From contig OZ024743.1 in the NCBI GenBank assembly GCA_964016885.1, positions 160,332,001 through 160,396,000 of the forward strand: a stretch of 64,000 nucleotides of DNA. The letters are read 5' to 3'. Within the stretch, counting starts at the first letter, position 1, and every line of letters begins with the position of its first letter. Positions 39,160 to 50,519 of the stretch are shown here, piece after piece. The notes beneath the pieces are model-generated. The model was not told the origin of the DNA. It was given only the letters and a program-made list of their open reading frames with translations, and ran no database searches. The DNA is from Eledone cirrhosa. Taxonomy: Eukaryota. Both the position numbers and the translations under genes were made by a program.

Positions 39160-40100
39160 TGTCCGATATCTTTTTAGCCTTAACTCTCCTGCTCTGAGCC
39201 TGTGCTACAATAAACCCAGAGTCCTGGTGTTTCTCCAGTGCAAGGCGCATACAATAGTCCACTACGATGATAAAAAGTAGGGAGCCAATGTATCTCCCTG
39301 GAGCACTCCAGCCAGTATCTCAAAGAACTCTGTCATCCCATCAGGTGTAATGATTTGGGCTTTGGTGTTGGTGTAGAGCAGTGATATCAGTTCCACTAGC
39401 TTCTTGGGGATTCCATAAGCCTGTAAGATATTAATTAGGCAGTGACGGTCCACAGAATCAAAGGCCTTCCTAAAGTCAATGAAAACCATCTGGTAGAGAA
39501 TGTTGAGAAGCAAGAGGGGATCACTAATGTAGGCGGGAAGCCGCTAGAATTGGTTGAGGACTTCCTGTATTTGGGAGCAAAGATTGGGAATACAGAAGAT
39601 GATGTGGTTGAGAGGAAATGCAAAGCCTGGGCGACGTGCCACAGCTTGAGATCGGTGTGGAAGTCGGACCTTCGTAAAGACCTGATAATCCGCTTCTTCA
39701 TTGCTATAGTGGAGTCTGTGCTGCTGTACGGGTCTGAGACTTGGACACTGACCAAGAAACTCACTAAGATGGTGGATGCTCTGAACATTAATCAGTATAC
39801 ACAGAGGATGAAAAACTCAGAGATGTATGGGAGCCTCCCAAAAGTCAGTTCAAAAGTGATACAGAGGAGACTGAGGTTAGCTGGACATGCTCACCGACAT
39901 CTAGAGTTGACATTGCACTCAGTGCTCCTGTGGGAGCCCCTACATGAACACACTGGAAGAGGAAGACCAATGTTAACTTATGTTGATGCCCTAAGGACAG
40001 ACACTGGTCTGTTGGAGACGCAGGACATGGCAGCGGTAATGAGGGACAGAGACCGCTGGAGAGAACTCGTCCATGGATCTCGGGAATTTTACAAGCCCTA
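39160..40100 (+). mobile_element. RTE-like LINE with inverted 5' segment (39160-39495 minus, 39495-40100 plus)
   Basis: Minus: FIDFRKAFDSV, GVLQGDTLAPY. Plus: FLYLG, ESVLLYGSETW, RRLRLAGH, GRP. Ends in (TA)n. Confidence 0.85.
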
Positions 40101-40147
40101 TATATATATATAAGAAGAAATTAAAAGATGGTTAAGAAAGTTCCGTG

Positions 40148-40218
40148 TATTTTATTATGCGCATTTCAAAAACAAATATCATCCTGGGACGATATTTGCG
40201 TTCTCATCAGATAAAATA
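40148..40218 (-). ncRNA. Type I hammerhead ribozyme motif with intact core (PLE-type, palindromic stem III)
   Basis: Minus strand reads TATTTTAT-CTGATGA-gaacgcaaatatcgtc ccag gatgatatttgttttt-GAAA-TGCGCA-TA-ATAAAATA: perfect 8 bp stem I, long stem II, self-complementary ATGCGCAT. Confidence 0.85.
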
Positions 40219-41479
40219 GGGAGACATGATATGAAGCTTAAAAAAAACAAAAAAACTTGTGAGCAAGGTAGTGTCTAAACAACATATGATAAATAAATTT
40301 AAAAGGATATAGGAGATTGGAAAAAAGGAAAACAATGGGAGAAAAGTAAGGAAGAGGAAGAAAGGAAAAAAGAAAAAAGAAGAAAAGGATAACGGAGGAA
40401 GAGTATAAGAAGGAGGAAGGAGAGAGAAAGAGAGAGAGATAAACATTTAAACTGAGAAACGCTGTCTCTACAGAGAAATAACTGAAAAAACAGTTGTAAA
40501 TTTATAAATAAATAAAATAAATTAAATAAATTAATAACATTTTAAAATTAAAAGTTAATGAAGTTTATGGATGATGATGCTTATGATTACAGATATAGAA
40601 ATTAAGTATACTATTTATTTAGGGTGAAGGATTTATTAAGATGTGCAAACATTTATTAAAAAAGTATTATTAAGATAAAATAAAGTGAAATAAGATAAGG
40701 TGACTGAAAATAAAATTAAGTGATTTATAAGCTTAGAAGACGATATAGGGTCCTAGTTTGTTTCAAATGATTGTAATAGAAAAAATAATTATTTAAGTTA
40801 ATACAAGCATGGTAAGAGAGAAAAACGAAAAATACGAGGAAGAAAAAATATTACGTCAAAAATTTGTTTACAAAATTCACCTAATGCTAATATTAATAGA
40901 TTTGAAGTAAAAAATTGGGAAATATAGCTACTTATAAAGTAATGTTGAGAAAAAAAAAATGATATAAAGATGAACTATTTAAAAGAAAAATGTGTATCCC
41001 CAAGAAGATAAAGGAATTTACTATAGTGAATTAAAAAGTTAAAAAATTACAAAAAATTATTAAAAGAAATTAAAAAAGTAAACAATTAGGGCACAAAAAA
41101 CGTTATAGTATGAATGAATTTGTAGAATGCACTGAAATATGGTAGAAAAAGGGGTATATGTGTAAAAAAAAAAAGAAATATATGTGTGAGAAAAAGATTT
41201 TAATCTTAATTATGGAGTAAGATATTAGCTATATACTTGTGAAATGACCTAAGCGGTTTATGGATGCAAAGCTAAAATAAATCTGTGCGTCTATTTATTA
41301 TAGAGTTAAAATTAGAGATAATGGTAAATTTTTCCGCTAGGCACAAATTACACGTTCTGGATAGGGAAGCATTGGAATAAGCATTGGAAGAAGCATTGGA
41401 GAAGCGTTGCAAATTTTTCTCCAAGAAATTTTGTAATTAATATTTTTGTTTTTTAAGGATCAGATGAGTTCTTACATAC

Positions 41480-41524
<45 letters not shown>

Positions 41525-41527
<3 letters not shown>

Positions 41528-41880
41528 GTATGTAGAAGGGAAACAGAAATAACAACACAATCGGTACAGTATATGGAAGGGATATATTAGGTTAAGGCTT
41601 GATATAAAAGGAAGAGGGTTTTAACGTTTCGGACATCAGTCCTTCATCAGAAGAAAGAATGAGAAATAAGATAGATTGAGGGGACGGGCGAGTTGGAATT
41701 GGAAAAAATGTCTTTAGATAAAAATAACAGGTCCATTCATTTGACATCTCCTGCAAAACTGTTGGTGCTGGCGTTTTGTGTATGATTTATTTTTAAAAAA
41801 AGTGGATCATAGAGCGCGTCTACCTGAAATGGAAAAAAAAACGTTTTGTAAAAAGCGCTATAGTTGTTCACGTGCGTAAG

Positions 41881-41974
<94 letters not shown>

Positions 41975-42576
41975 CGTGCGTGTGTGCGTGCGTGCTATTA
42001 TAAGCTAAGACATGTGTGTATATGTGAGTAAAAGAATGCGTGTGCATGTAAGTACAGAGCTATGAGCAAAAGTATGTTAATATAAGGGTGTGTATGTGTG
42101 TATACAGAGCAGTGAAGCGAAAAGTGGTATGAGCATATATGGTCGACCTGTATTAGGTGTACTAGGGTTGTGATAATGGACGGGTATTAGAGAAATTGGG
42201 GAGGTGAGTTGAGTCCAAGAGGGAAATTGGACCCAAGGCGTTGAATCAGACTTTGTTTAGTCCTGGTGCACGAGGCCTGTGATCGATGATGTAAAAGGAT
42301 AACCAAAACTGAAACATGTAGGGAAGAATGACCAGGAGAACAGAAATGACGGGCAACAGGAGTATCGAAACCCAGTCGTATGTCCCTCAAATGCTCAGCA
42401 AAACGGCTCCCGTTTGCCCGTTATATAAAGACCCGCAAAGCGAACACCGGAGGGCATAGACAACGTGGGTGGATGTGCAGGTGAATGAGTGGCGGATACG
42501 GAAAGACCCGTTACGGCCTGTAAGAGTGGTGAGGGTGGAAATGAAGGGACAAGTGTTGCAGCGAGAACGATATAAA

Positions 42577-42578
<2 letters not shown>
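41525..42578 (-). mobile_element. Penelope-like element 3' end (Neptune-like GIY-YIG + pseudo-LTR) between (TA)n tracts
   Basis: [40 protein letters not shown]; internal (CA)n; hammerhead at the end. Confidence 0.85.
41615..41658 (-). ncRNA. Minimal hammerhead ribozyme motif in PLE pseudo-LTR
   Basis: Minus strand: ttctt-CTGATGA-a-GGAC tgat GTCC-GAAA-CGTT-aaaa. Core intact, stem III palindrome AACGTT, weak stem I. Confidence 0.75.
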
Positions 42579-42645
<67 letters not shown>

Positions 42646-42658
42646 TTCAAAAGTAGGA

Positions 42659-42720
<62 letters not shown>

Positions 42721-43362
42721 AACATCAAACAATGTGTGGTTACACTCTTTACAAATTATCTCCTGTAATTGTTTGATGTGTTTACTTTAAATATATATAT
42801 GTATATATATTGCCCTACTTTTGATTTAATACAAATGCCCGGATTTACTACTTGGAATCTTTGAGCATATTCCACAGGTGGTATGGCGCATGATTTTGAT
42901 ATTCTCAGACATGACATACTTAATGTAATTTTGCTATTATTTACGGCTCCTAGGTTCATTAGCAGAGCTTATTATGTTGAAAGGAATCGCCTGTTATTTC
43001 TAGCTGTCGATAAACCTATTCACACTACTGGCGTGACGGCGGAGCGATGTGTGTTTTTTTTAAACCATACGTGTTTTCCCCTGATTTGCTTCGAGTGTGT
43101 AATCATAAATAGTTTAAATCTTCTCCTTTGCCGATGATCCAAGATATGACATTTATGATTCACCGATTAATGGTGAAATATATTTCTTCAATGGAATATA
43201 CAGAAAGGAGATTAATCATTATTGCAAGGTATCTATATTAAAAGTTCTTGTTTAATTTTTAATATGTTACCCCGTAATTATATGTGGTTACACTCTTTAC
43301 AAATTATCCCCTGTAATTGTTTGATGTCTTTATTTTATATATATATATCACTCTACTTTTTA

Positions 43363-43449
<87 letters not shown>

Positions 43450-43451
<2 letters not shown>

Positions 43452-44074
43452 TAAAAAGGAAAAGAAAATATTGACAAATTTTTCCAAGTGAAAAATAGTT
43501 TAATTAGGAATAAGTATAAATTAGTAATAAGTATTGGTTAGTATTCAGTTTTAGTTTTAAGTTTTTACCGGTTGCGCATTTCTAATGCCTTTCAAAAATA
43601 ATTTTGAGATAGGGCGCCCGTGATGTTTGCTCTAATCTGAAACGTTTTGGAAATTCTTCCTGTTTTATGTGAAAAAAGTGGCTCCAGAGGTATTAAGATT
43701 TGGTTGGTTGTTGAATGTCACGTGAATAAGTACTATAAATTTCGCGCCAACTCGTGTTGCAAAAATTCTTGTAGTCAAAACAATTTTGATTGGTCGGTAG
43801 AGGTCACGTGAATGTTAAAAATTGATTTTAGCGCGAGCTGATTTGCGCCAAATGTAGGTTTGTCGAAGAGTGTCCTTTTTCGCTTGATTGAGTACAGTTA
43901 TGTTGAGAAGTCACTGAAAAAAATGTCTATTAAGACAAATATGTGTGTGTGTGTGTGTGTGTGTGTGTAGTAAACAGTTTCATTGTTGTGATAATGGTCA
44001 GTAGAGATGTGTGTGTGAGTTGCAGTCATGTTGAAAGGTCAACAGTTCAGGTGTCTATTAAGACAAACATGTGT

Positions 44075-44137
<63 letters not shown>

Positions 44138-47030
44138 TGTGTGTGTATGTGTGTGTGTGTGTGTGTGTGGTTCGTGGTATACTTTCATGCCAGAGGATGA
44201 AGCAATCGTCCAGATATCTCTTCCAGTTCTTTTCTATGTGTTGGAAGAAGTGGTTGCCGTATTTGTCTAGAACTTTGCAGTAGAGAATGGTTTCCAAATA
44301 TCCCATGACAAGGTTGGCGTATGAGGGGGCTACTTTCGTGCCCATGGCAGTCCCAGATTTCTGTCTGTAGTATTTGGCATTGAATTCGAAGAAATTGTTT
44401 TCCAAGATGAATTTGAGTCCCTCCAACACAAATTCTGTAGGGATGCGCTGTGGGAGTTCACTAGGGAAATTTTCCATCCAGAATTGTATTGCCTCTACAC
44501 CTAGGTTGTGTGGGATATTGGAATATAAATTGATGACATCAAAGGTTACTAGTAGGCTGTGTTCGTTATTGAGTGTTGTTGGGAGGTGGTTGAGTATGTC
44601 AAGGTCGTCCCTTATGAAGCTTTTTATATGGTTTAAGCAGAATATCTAGGAAGTTGCTTAGGCGGTGAGTTTCACATGTGGTGCCTGATATTATAGGTCT
44701 TAATTTAAGGTCATCAGGAGGGGCTATGTTGATGTAAACGTCTGTGGCTTGCTTGCAGGTCCTGCCTATTACTTCGCTTTTGTGTGTCTTGGGGATACTG
44801 TAGAAGAGGCTGGTTCTGCTTTTGAAATTGGTGATGTAGTTGTATTCCTTGTCTGTAAGGCCTTCTTTGTAAAGGGTTGTTAGGGATTTTAGGTTTTTCA
44901 TTATTTTCTGTTGTGTGTAGTGTTGGGCCTTTTTATAATATGTTTGGTTTTCTAGAGTTTAGAGTACTAGAGTTGTGTAATAATCTGTCTCCATAAGGAC
45001 TACTGCACTTCCTTTATCTGCCTCTTTGATTGTTAGGGTTTTGTCGTTTTTTAGACTGTTAAGACCATTCCATTCTTTTTTGCTTAGGTTTGGTTTTTGT
45101 TTATGTCTGTGTAGGTGGTGGTATGGGTAATTAGTAATGTGTTCGCAGAATTGATCGAGGAATTTATTCTTACCTTTTGGTGGGGTGTAGTTGCTTCTAT
45201 TTCTGGCTATTGAGTCATCCTCATTGTATTTGTTGTATAGTTGTTCGCTGAGTCTTAGTTTTCTACAGAATTCTGCAATATCTTCCATCATTTCGGGGTA
45301 GTTTGGTTGTTGGGGAGTTGGTAAAAATTTTAGACCTTTGGAGAGTATACTGATTTGGTCTGTTGTTAATTCTTTGGAGGTTAAATTGACAATTTTTATT
45401 GCATTTTGTGTCTCCTGTGTGTTTTGTGTTATCTTGTAATCCTGTGTCTGTGTGCTGTGTCTAAAAATTTATTACGGAAGTTGTGATGGCTGTTTAAGTT
45501 TGGATGTCTCTTATAATTGTATGGGCTCCTGCTGTTGTTGTAAGATGGTGTGTAGCTGTGGTGGTTGTTGAGTTTAGGTTGTATCGTGTGATTGTATTGA
45601 GCCCTGCTAATGTTGTTGTAGGGTGTGTAGATTTGATGGACGTGGTTATAGGGTGTGAAGTTGTGGTGGTTGTTGAAGTTGGGTTGTATCGTGTGGTTGT
45701 GTTGAGCACTGCTGTTGTTGTAGGGTGTGTAGACTTGGTGGTAGTTGTAGTAGGGTTGTCTTGTGTGTTCATATTGAGTCCTGTTGTTGCTATTATATGG
45801 TGTGTAGCTATGGTGGTTAGGGTGTCTGGTGTGGTTGTATTGTCCCCTGCTGGTGTTGTTGTAGTAGGGTGTTGTTAGTGGGGGAGGGTAGATTAAGGTT
45901 TCCTTATAGCTGGTGTGTGGTTGTGGGGCCCTGTATGACATGTGTAGTAGTTGTGTATTTTGGGTTATATGTTGGAAGTAATGATGGTTGTGGGTTTGTT
46001 GTGTGGGGATGTTAGGGGGGTTGTAAGTGTGTGTGTGTGGGGGGGGGGGGGGGTCATGGTTTCTCCTGGTAGGAGAGAAGTCGTAGTATCTATCTTGTAG
46101 CTGATGTTTCTCTATTACTATATTTGGTTTCTTGGGAGTCCGTGTGGTAGTTGTGTGGAGGATGTAGGCGGTAGGGGCGAGGTGATGCCTTCTTTTGTTG
46201 GTATGTGGGGAGGTATTGTTTTTTTGTTGTTGTTGGTTGTTGTGTGTTGTTTGGGTGTTGATTGAGTTTTCTTGTTATTATGGTTTTAATGAAGGGGTTC
46301 TTGAATGTGTGTTCTTTTTAGTAAAGTGTTTCATAGTTAGAGAACCAGGTTTCATTTATTTCCCAGCGTTGAAGTGATTTTAATTCTTCCTTATTACCGT
46401 CCTCTAACCAAAATTTTGAAATATTTTCTAGGGCGGTGTCTTTGGTTATATTGATAATTGCTAGATTAATCTCATCGTCGATTGATTTGATCCTATCTTC
46501 ATTTGCTTGGGCTCTCAATTTAAGGAGTTCAATTTCGGTTTTCATGTTATCAAGTTCCATTCTTTCCCTGAGGTGTCTTTGTGTCTCTGGTTCGTTTGGG
46601 ATGGATTTAATTTGTTGTTTGCGAGGGATGATTAATGGGGAAGAGTTAATCCATTTTTCATAGATCTCCGCTTTGTTATTATTTTGTATCATCTTCCAAA
46701 AGGGGAATTTCCTGTTTTTAAGAGATGTATAACATTGTGGTATTAATTTGTTTTTTATTTGGTAAGTTGTAAGTGTATTAGTGTCATGTGTATTTTCGTT
46801 CGTTTGAATAGGATTTGTGTTGTTATTGAGGTGTGTTTTTATTGTTTCACATAAGTTATTGATATTGTCGTTGATTTCATAGGATGTGTATTTGGGGATT
46901 GTTTCTTCACTTGTAGAGTTTAGTTTGTTGGTGAGTATTGACAAATTAGAGTTAATTTTTTGTAGTTCTTGGAGTATCTCTTGATTGATGCTGATGAGAG
47001 TGGAGTTTTTTTTGTTTTAGTAGGCATTTT
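43450..47030 (-). mobile_element. Penelope-like element with long upstream ORF region; RT truncated just after YLDD and joined to a pseudo-LTR-like end
   Basis: IVNLT..LSKGLKFLPTP, IKEADKGSAVVLM, FYSIPKTHK, LRPIISG, GTAMGTKVAPSYANL, WKRYLDDCF; upstream ORFs 46318-46944 and 45429-45941. Confidence 0.9.
43700..43855. promoter_or_regulatory. Candidate pseudo-LTR promoter: two GTCACGTGA E-boxes, E2F-like sites, CCAAT box
   Basis: tcacgtga at 43718 and 43804; tttcgcgccaa at 43740; tttgcgccaaa at 43842; gattgg at 43788. Confidence 0.4.
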
Positions 47031-47039
47031 CTGATTCCA

Positions 47040-47490
47040 GCGTGCCCTAAAACTAGACATCGAGGAACTCAGACACCCCAAACCCAGGAGTGAACCGCAA
47101 CAAAAAACTCTACCATACATCTCCACACACAACCCCCTCAACCATGAGGCATTCGACACCATCCTCCAGAACATTTCTTTACTAAAAAGAGACCCAAAAT
47201 GAATAATATCCTCCAAAAACACAACATCATAAAGAGCAAAAGACAACCCAAATCCATAAAAAAACATCCTCACACAAGCCAAAATCCAACAAACCCTTAC
47301 AATGAACCCTACAGTAACAAAATGCGTAAGGCCCAACTGTGGCATATGCATAAATCTAGTAGACGATTCAACATTCCATTTTAAACAAGGACAACGATTC
47401 ACAGTTAAACACAACTTTACATCTGAAAACCTTATCTATGTTTTGACATGCTCAGGTTGTCAAGAGCACTACATAGGACAAACTAAAAAG
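47040..47490 (+). mobile_element. Inverted PLE linker/GIY-YIG fragment abutting the 5' end of the 43450-47030 element
   Basis: LPYISTHNP, CVRPNCGIC, NLIYVLTCSGCQEHYIGQT. Confidence 0.8.
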
Positions 47491-47492
47491 AT

Positions 47493-49550
47493 ATGCGCGG
47501 ACACTAGGGACTCATATAAAAATAATAATAATTCGGTGGATGGAACAGCTAGCGGGGACTGGATTCCATGCACTGAAAAAGTTCGCTGTCTCTGATCAAA
47601 TGGCAGATTCTAAAGAATCAATCACGTGACACTGAGGCTAGTCAGAAGGAGTGGGTTGGTAAGATAACAAAAGCCTACTACCACACCAATGAATTAGTAG
47701 TGGATTTGGCAGGTTTGCTCAACAAATAAATAATTTGGAGATAAAAATAAAGAATTAGTATATCTACCAACATATGCGTACAGATGTACACTAATGCTAG
47801 CAAATACATAAGTTATGTCATAGTACCTAGGTGGTTCAATGCAGGAGGATTCAAAACAAATATATGAAAGACGTAAGTAAGAAAATTAAAAAAAAAATTA
47901 AAAATTAACTTACTTACTAACATTTTCACTCCAACTAATTATTAGTTTCTGTAATGGGATAAAGATAGTTACGTAATATAACCATCGAGAATTCATTACG
48001 TCATCAGGGGGTTTATTCTCAGCTAAGTCTCCAGGCAATGCGCGGACACTAGGGACTCATATAAAAATAATAAAATGCTGTGACCACTGTATCATCAGAG
48101 CAGAATGGTTAAAATGTTAAAATGTACAATGTAAATACCCTTAAGTGAGGTTATTGGAGAAGATAGAGTAGAAAAGGAAGAGAGAAAAGTAGGGGAGAGG
48201 AGGAGAGAGAGGAAGATATGCAGGGGTTGGAGAAATAGGAGACAGTGGTTTGTAGATATCTTAATCAAAATGTTATGGTAGGGGTTTTATTATACTGGTT
48301 ACTCTTAGAGCGACCACCTTAAGCGATGCGTTGATAGTCAAGGTTGGAATTATTTATTGCCCCAGAGGGCAGGTTCATAGATGTGGAGAGGGAGGGAGGT
48401 AGGCCAAAGGCGAGAGAGAGAGAGTGGAATGGATATAGAGGGAGAGATAGAGAGGGGACAGACGAAAGATATGGGGTGGGTGAACTTTGGGTTCGTAGTA
48501 GTAATCTGCGAATTGCACTGAGTTACCATTTATAGTGATAAGCAGGGTATTGTCTTGTAGTGTGGGGGAAGAGAAGGTGGTTAGCTAGAAAGCGATGTTA
48601 TAGTTACGGGTTCGAATGTTAAGTAATTTTATAGTGAGAGAATTTAGCTTTTAGTTTGTGGTTGCAGTATAATGATCGTTCGATTCTATCGTTAAGTAGT
48701 TTATTTTTGGATTTTAAGATGTAAAAGAGTTCAAGGTTACATAACCTACAGTACTTCAATCCACTCCGATATGCACTTGCACTGGAAAGTATATCCCATT
48801 TTAAGGTGAACTGTTGGTTGCGTTCACGGAGTTGCCAGGTCTTGTTGGCGAGCGTGGTCACAAAACGGTGATCAGGATGTTTAATTGAGAATCGATGACG
48901 GTACCAGCGAGATTTAAACGAGGTGGTGGTAGACCCGATGTAATACCATTTCTGGTCGTTCGATTCAACCGTGCATTGGTAAACAATGTTGGACTTTAGG
49001 CATTCATTCTTCAATGGACATCTTTCAGGTAGATCGCAGTTACAGTTTTTGTTGTGGGTAGCGGGTATACATTGGATAGGTTGTGATAGCAGTACAGGTG
49101 GGTTGTGTAATACCCGTATCCCATTTAGTGGTTGGGAGGCAGATATTACGTTCTGCTCATCTGTTACCAAAATATTTTGTTTTGTAGTGTTGTTTAATTG
49201 CTTTAAGTTAAGTTTGTTTATGTATGCTTCAAGATTTGGTGCCGTGGAGTATGATAGTCTAATAGTTTTAGAGTTCAGAATTTTACTGTATTTATGGGAA
49301 CTAGGGAAATGCTTGTTGATTAACTTAAAGAATGAAAGAGATAGTTTTGTACTAATCGAGGCATTAAAAATAGGATTATACCAGATATACTTTCTACAAC
49401 GTGATTTATTTGGTGGTGATTTTCTATTATTAGTATGTCTGGTGGTACTGTATGTGTGCGCTTGTATTTTAGTCCCCCGCTTACGTATTCCTTGATTTCG
49501 TGTAGAGCTGTGTGTTATGGAGATTCTTATCAATGTATTCTATTGTATCC
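47493..49550 (-). mobile_element. Penelope-like element 3' part, probably Hydra clade (GIY-YIG, pseudo-LTR with hammerhead)
   Basis: ORF 48619-49533: WYNP, LSYS, CNCDLPERCPLKNEC (CxCx5Cx5C), IVYQC..YYIG..FKSRW, LKW, CRLC. ~36 bp direct repeat at 47493 and 48038. Clade name rests on my recollection of the Cys motif. Confidence 0.82.
47926..48014 (-). ncRNA. Hammerhead ribozyme motif with extended stem II
   Basis: Minus strand: acccc-CTGATGA-cGTAATG...CATTACa-GAAA-CTAATAATTAG-TT-ggagt. Core intact; one stem I mismatch and a C.A at the base of stem II. Confidence 0.7.
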
Positions 49551-49608
49551 CGGTGGTCGGCATTCCTTAATGCATTATTATAGTATTATATATATATATA
49601 TATATATA

Positions 49609-50325
49609 CAAATGGAAGTTCAGCATAATCGAAGCTCTGGCTGCAGCTATGCTAATGAATGCAATCGGAATGTGCAGCTAAGCACTCAATAACCTTAGAG
49701 TAATAACATTACGTTTAGACAGCTTTGCAAATTGAAGATTGCGACCGGTAAGCCAGCCGCGAGGACCAAAGCAACGAGAAAACCAACTCAGGATAATTTG
49801 ACAAACCTGGACCATCGCGTCGATATTAAGTAGTAACTCTGGTCGGTTTCTGTGAAATCCGATTTCAACAGAATCGATTGCGGGGTATGCAAGTTATTGT
49901 TTGTGGAAGATCGAACAGAGGGTTCACTTTCTCAACAGGTTTCCGTTCAATGCCGCTTGCGGGTGTGAGTTATAGCAGTAAGAAAGCTGGCGGTCACGTG
50001 GTTTTCCCAAAGGGAGGTAACCCCAGATTTTTGGCGGTCGAAATTCAAATTTTGAACAAAGGAATACATTCCTTTCCACAAACCGTATAAAGCTCTCGAC
50101 CAGACGTTATTAAACAAACATAAATAATTAACCAATCAATAGAATTGTCTAATTAAATTACTCAATTAATCATTAAGTCTAGAAGATAATAATGCAAATG
50201 GAAGTTCAGCATAATCGAAGCTCTGGCTGTAGCTATGCTAACGAATGCATTCGGAATGTGCAGCTAAGCACTCAATAAGGTATTTTACCTTAGAGTAATA
50301 ACATTACGTTTAGACAGCTTTGCAA
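49609..50325. mobile_element. Non-coding element bounded by ~125 bp direct repeats, in (TA)n context
   Basis: 49609-49730 and 50195-50325 (caaatggaagttcagcataatcgaagc...gacagctttgcaa), differing mainly by a 9 bp indel. Confidence 0.65.
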
Positions 50326-50519
50326 TACATATATGCATATATAAATGTAATCTGAGTTTTTAGAATATTAATAATAATATTCGATTCGTTTGCAATTATG
50401 CAAACAGCCTCTTTTAAACCATGTCAGTAGAATGAGACCTTCATTCATATATATATATAGAGAGAGAGATCTTCTGGACCTATATACCATTCCCCCTTCT
50501 TGGATATTTCTGCTATATG

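Noticed and set aside
48619-49533. Selenocysteine-encoding or domain-permuted (Naiad-type) PLE
   Set aside because: The GIY-YIG is C-terminal and the Cys positions are ordinary Cys codons; no in-frame UGA pattern seen.
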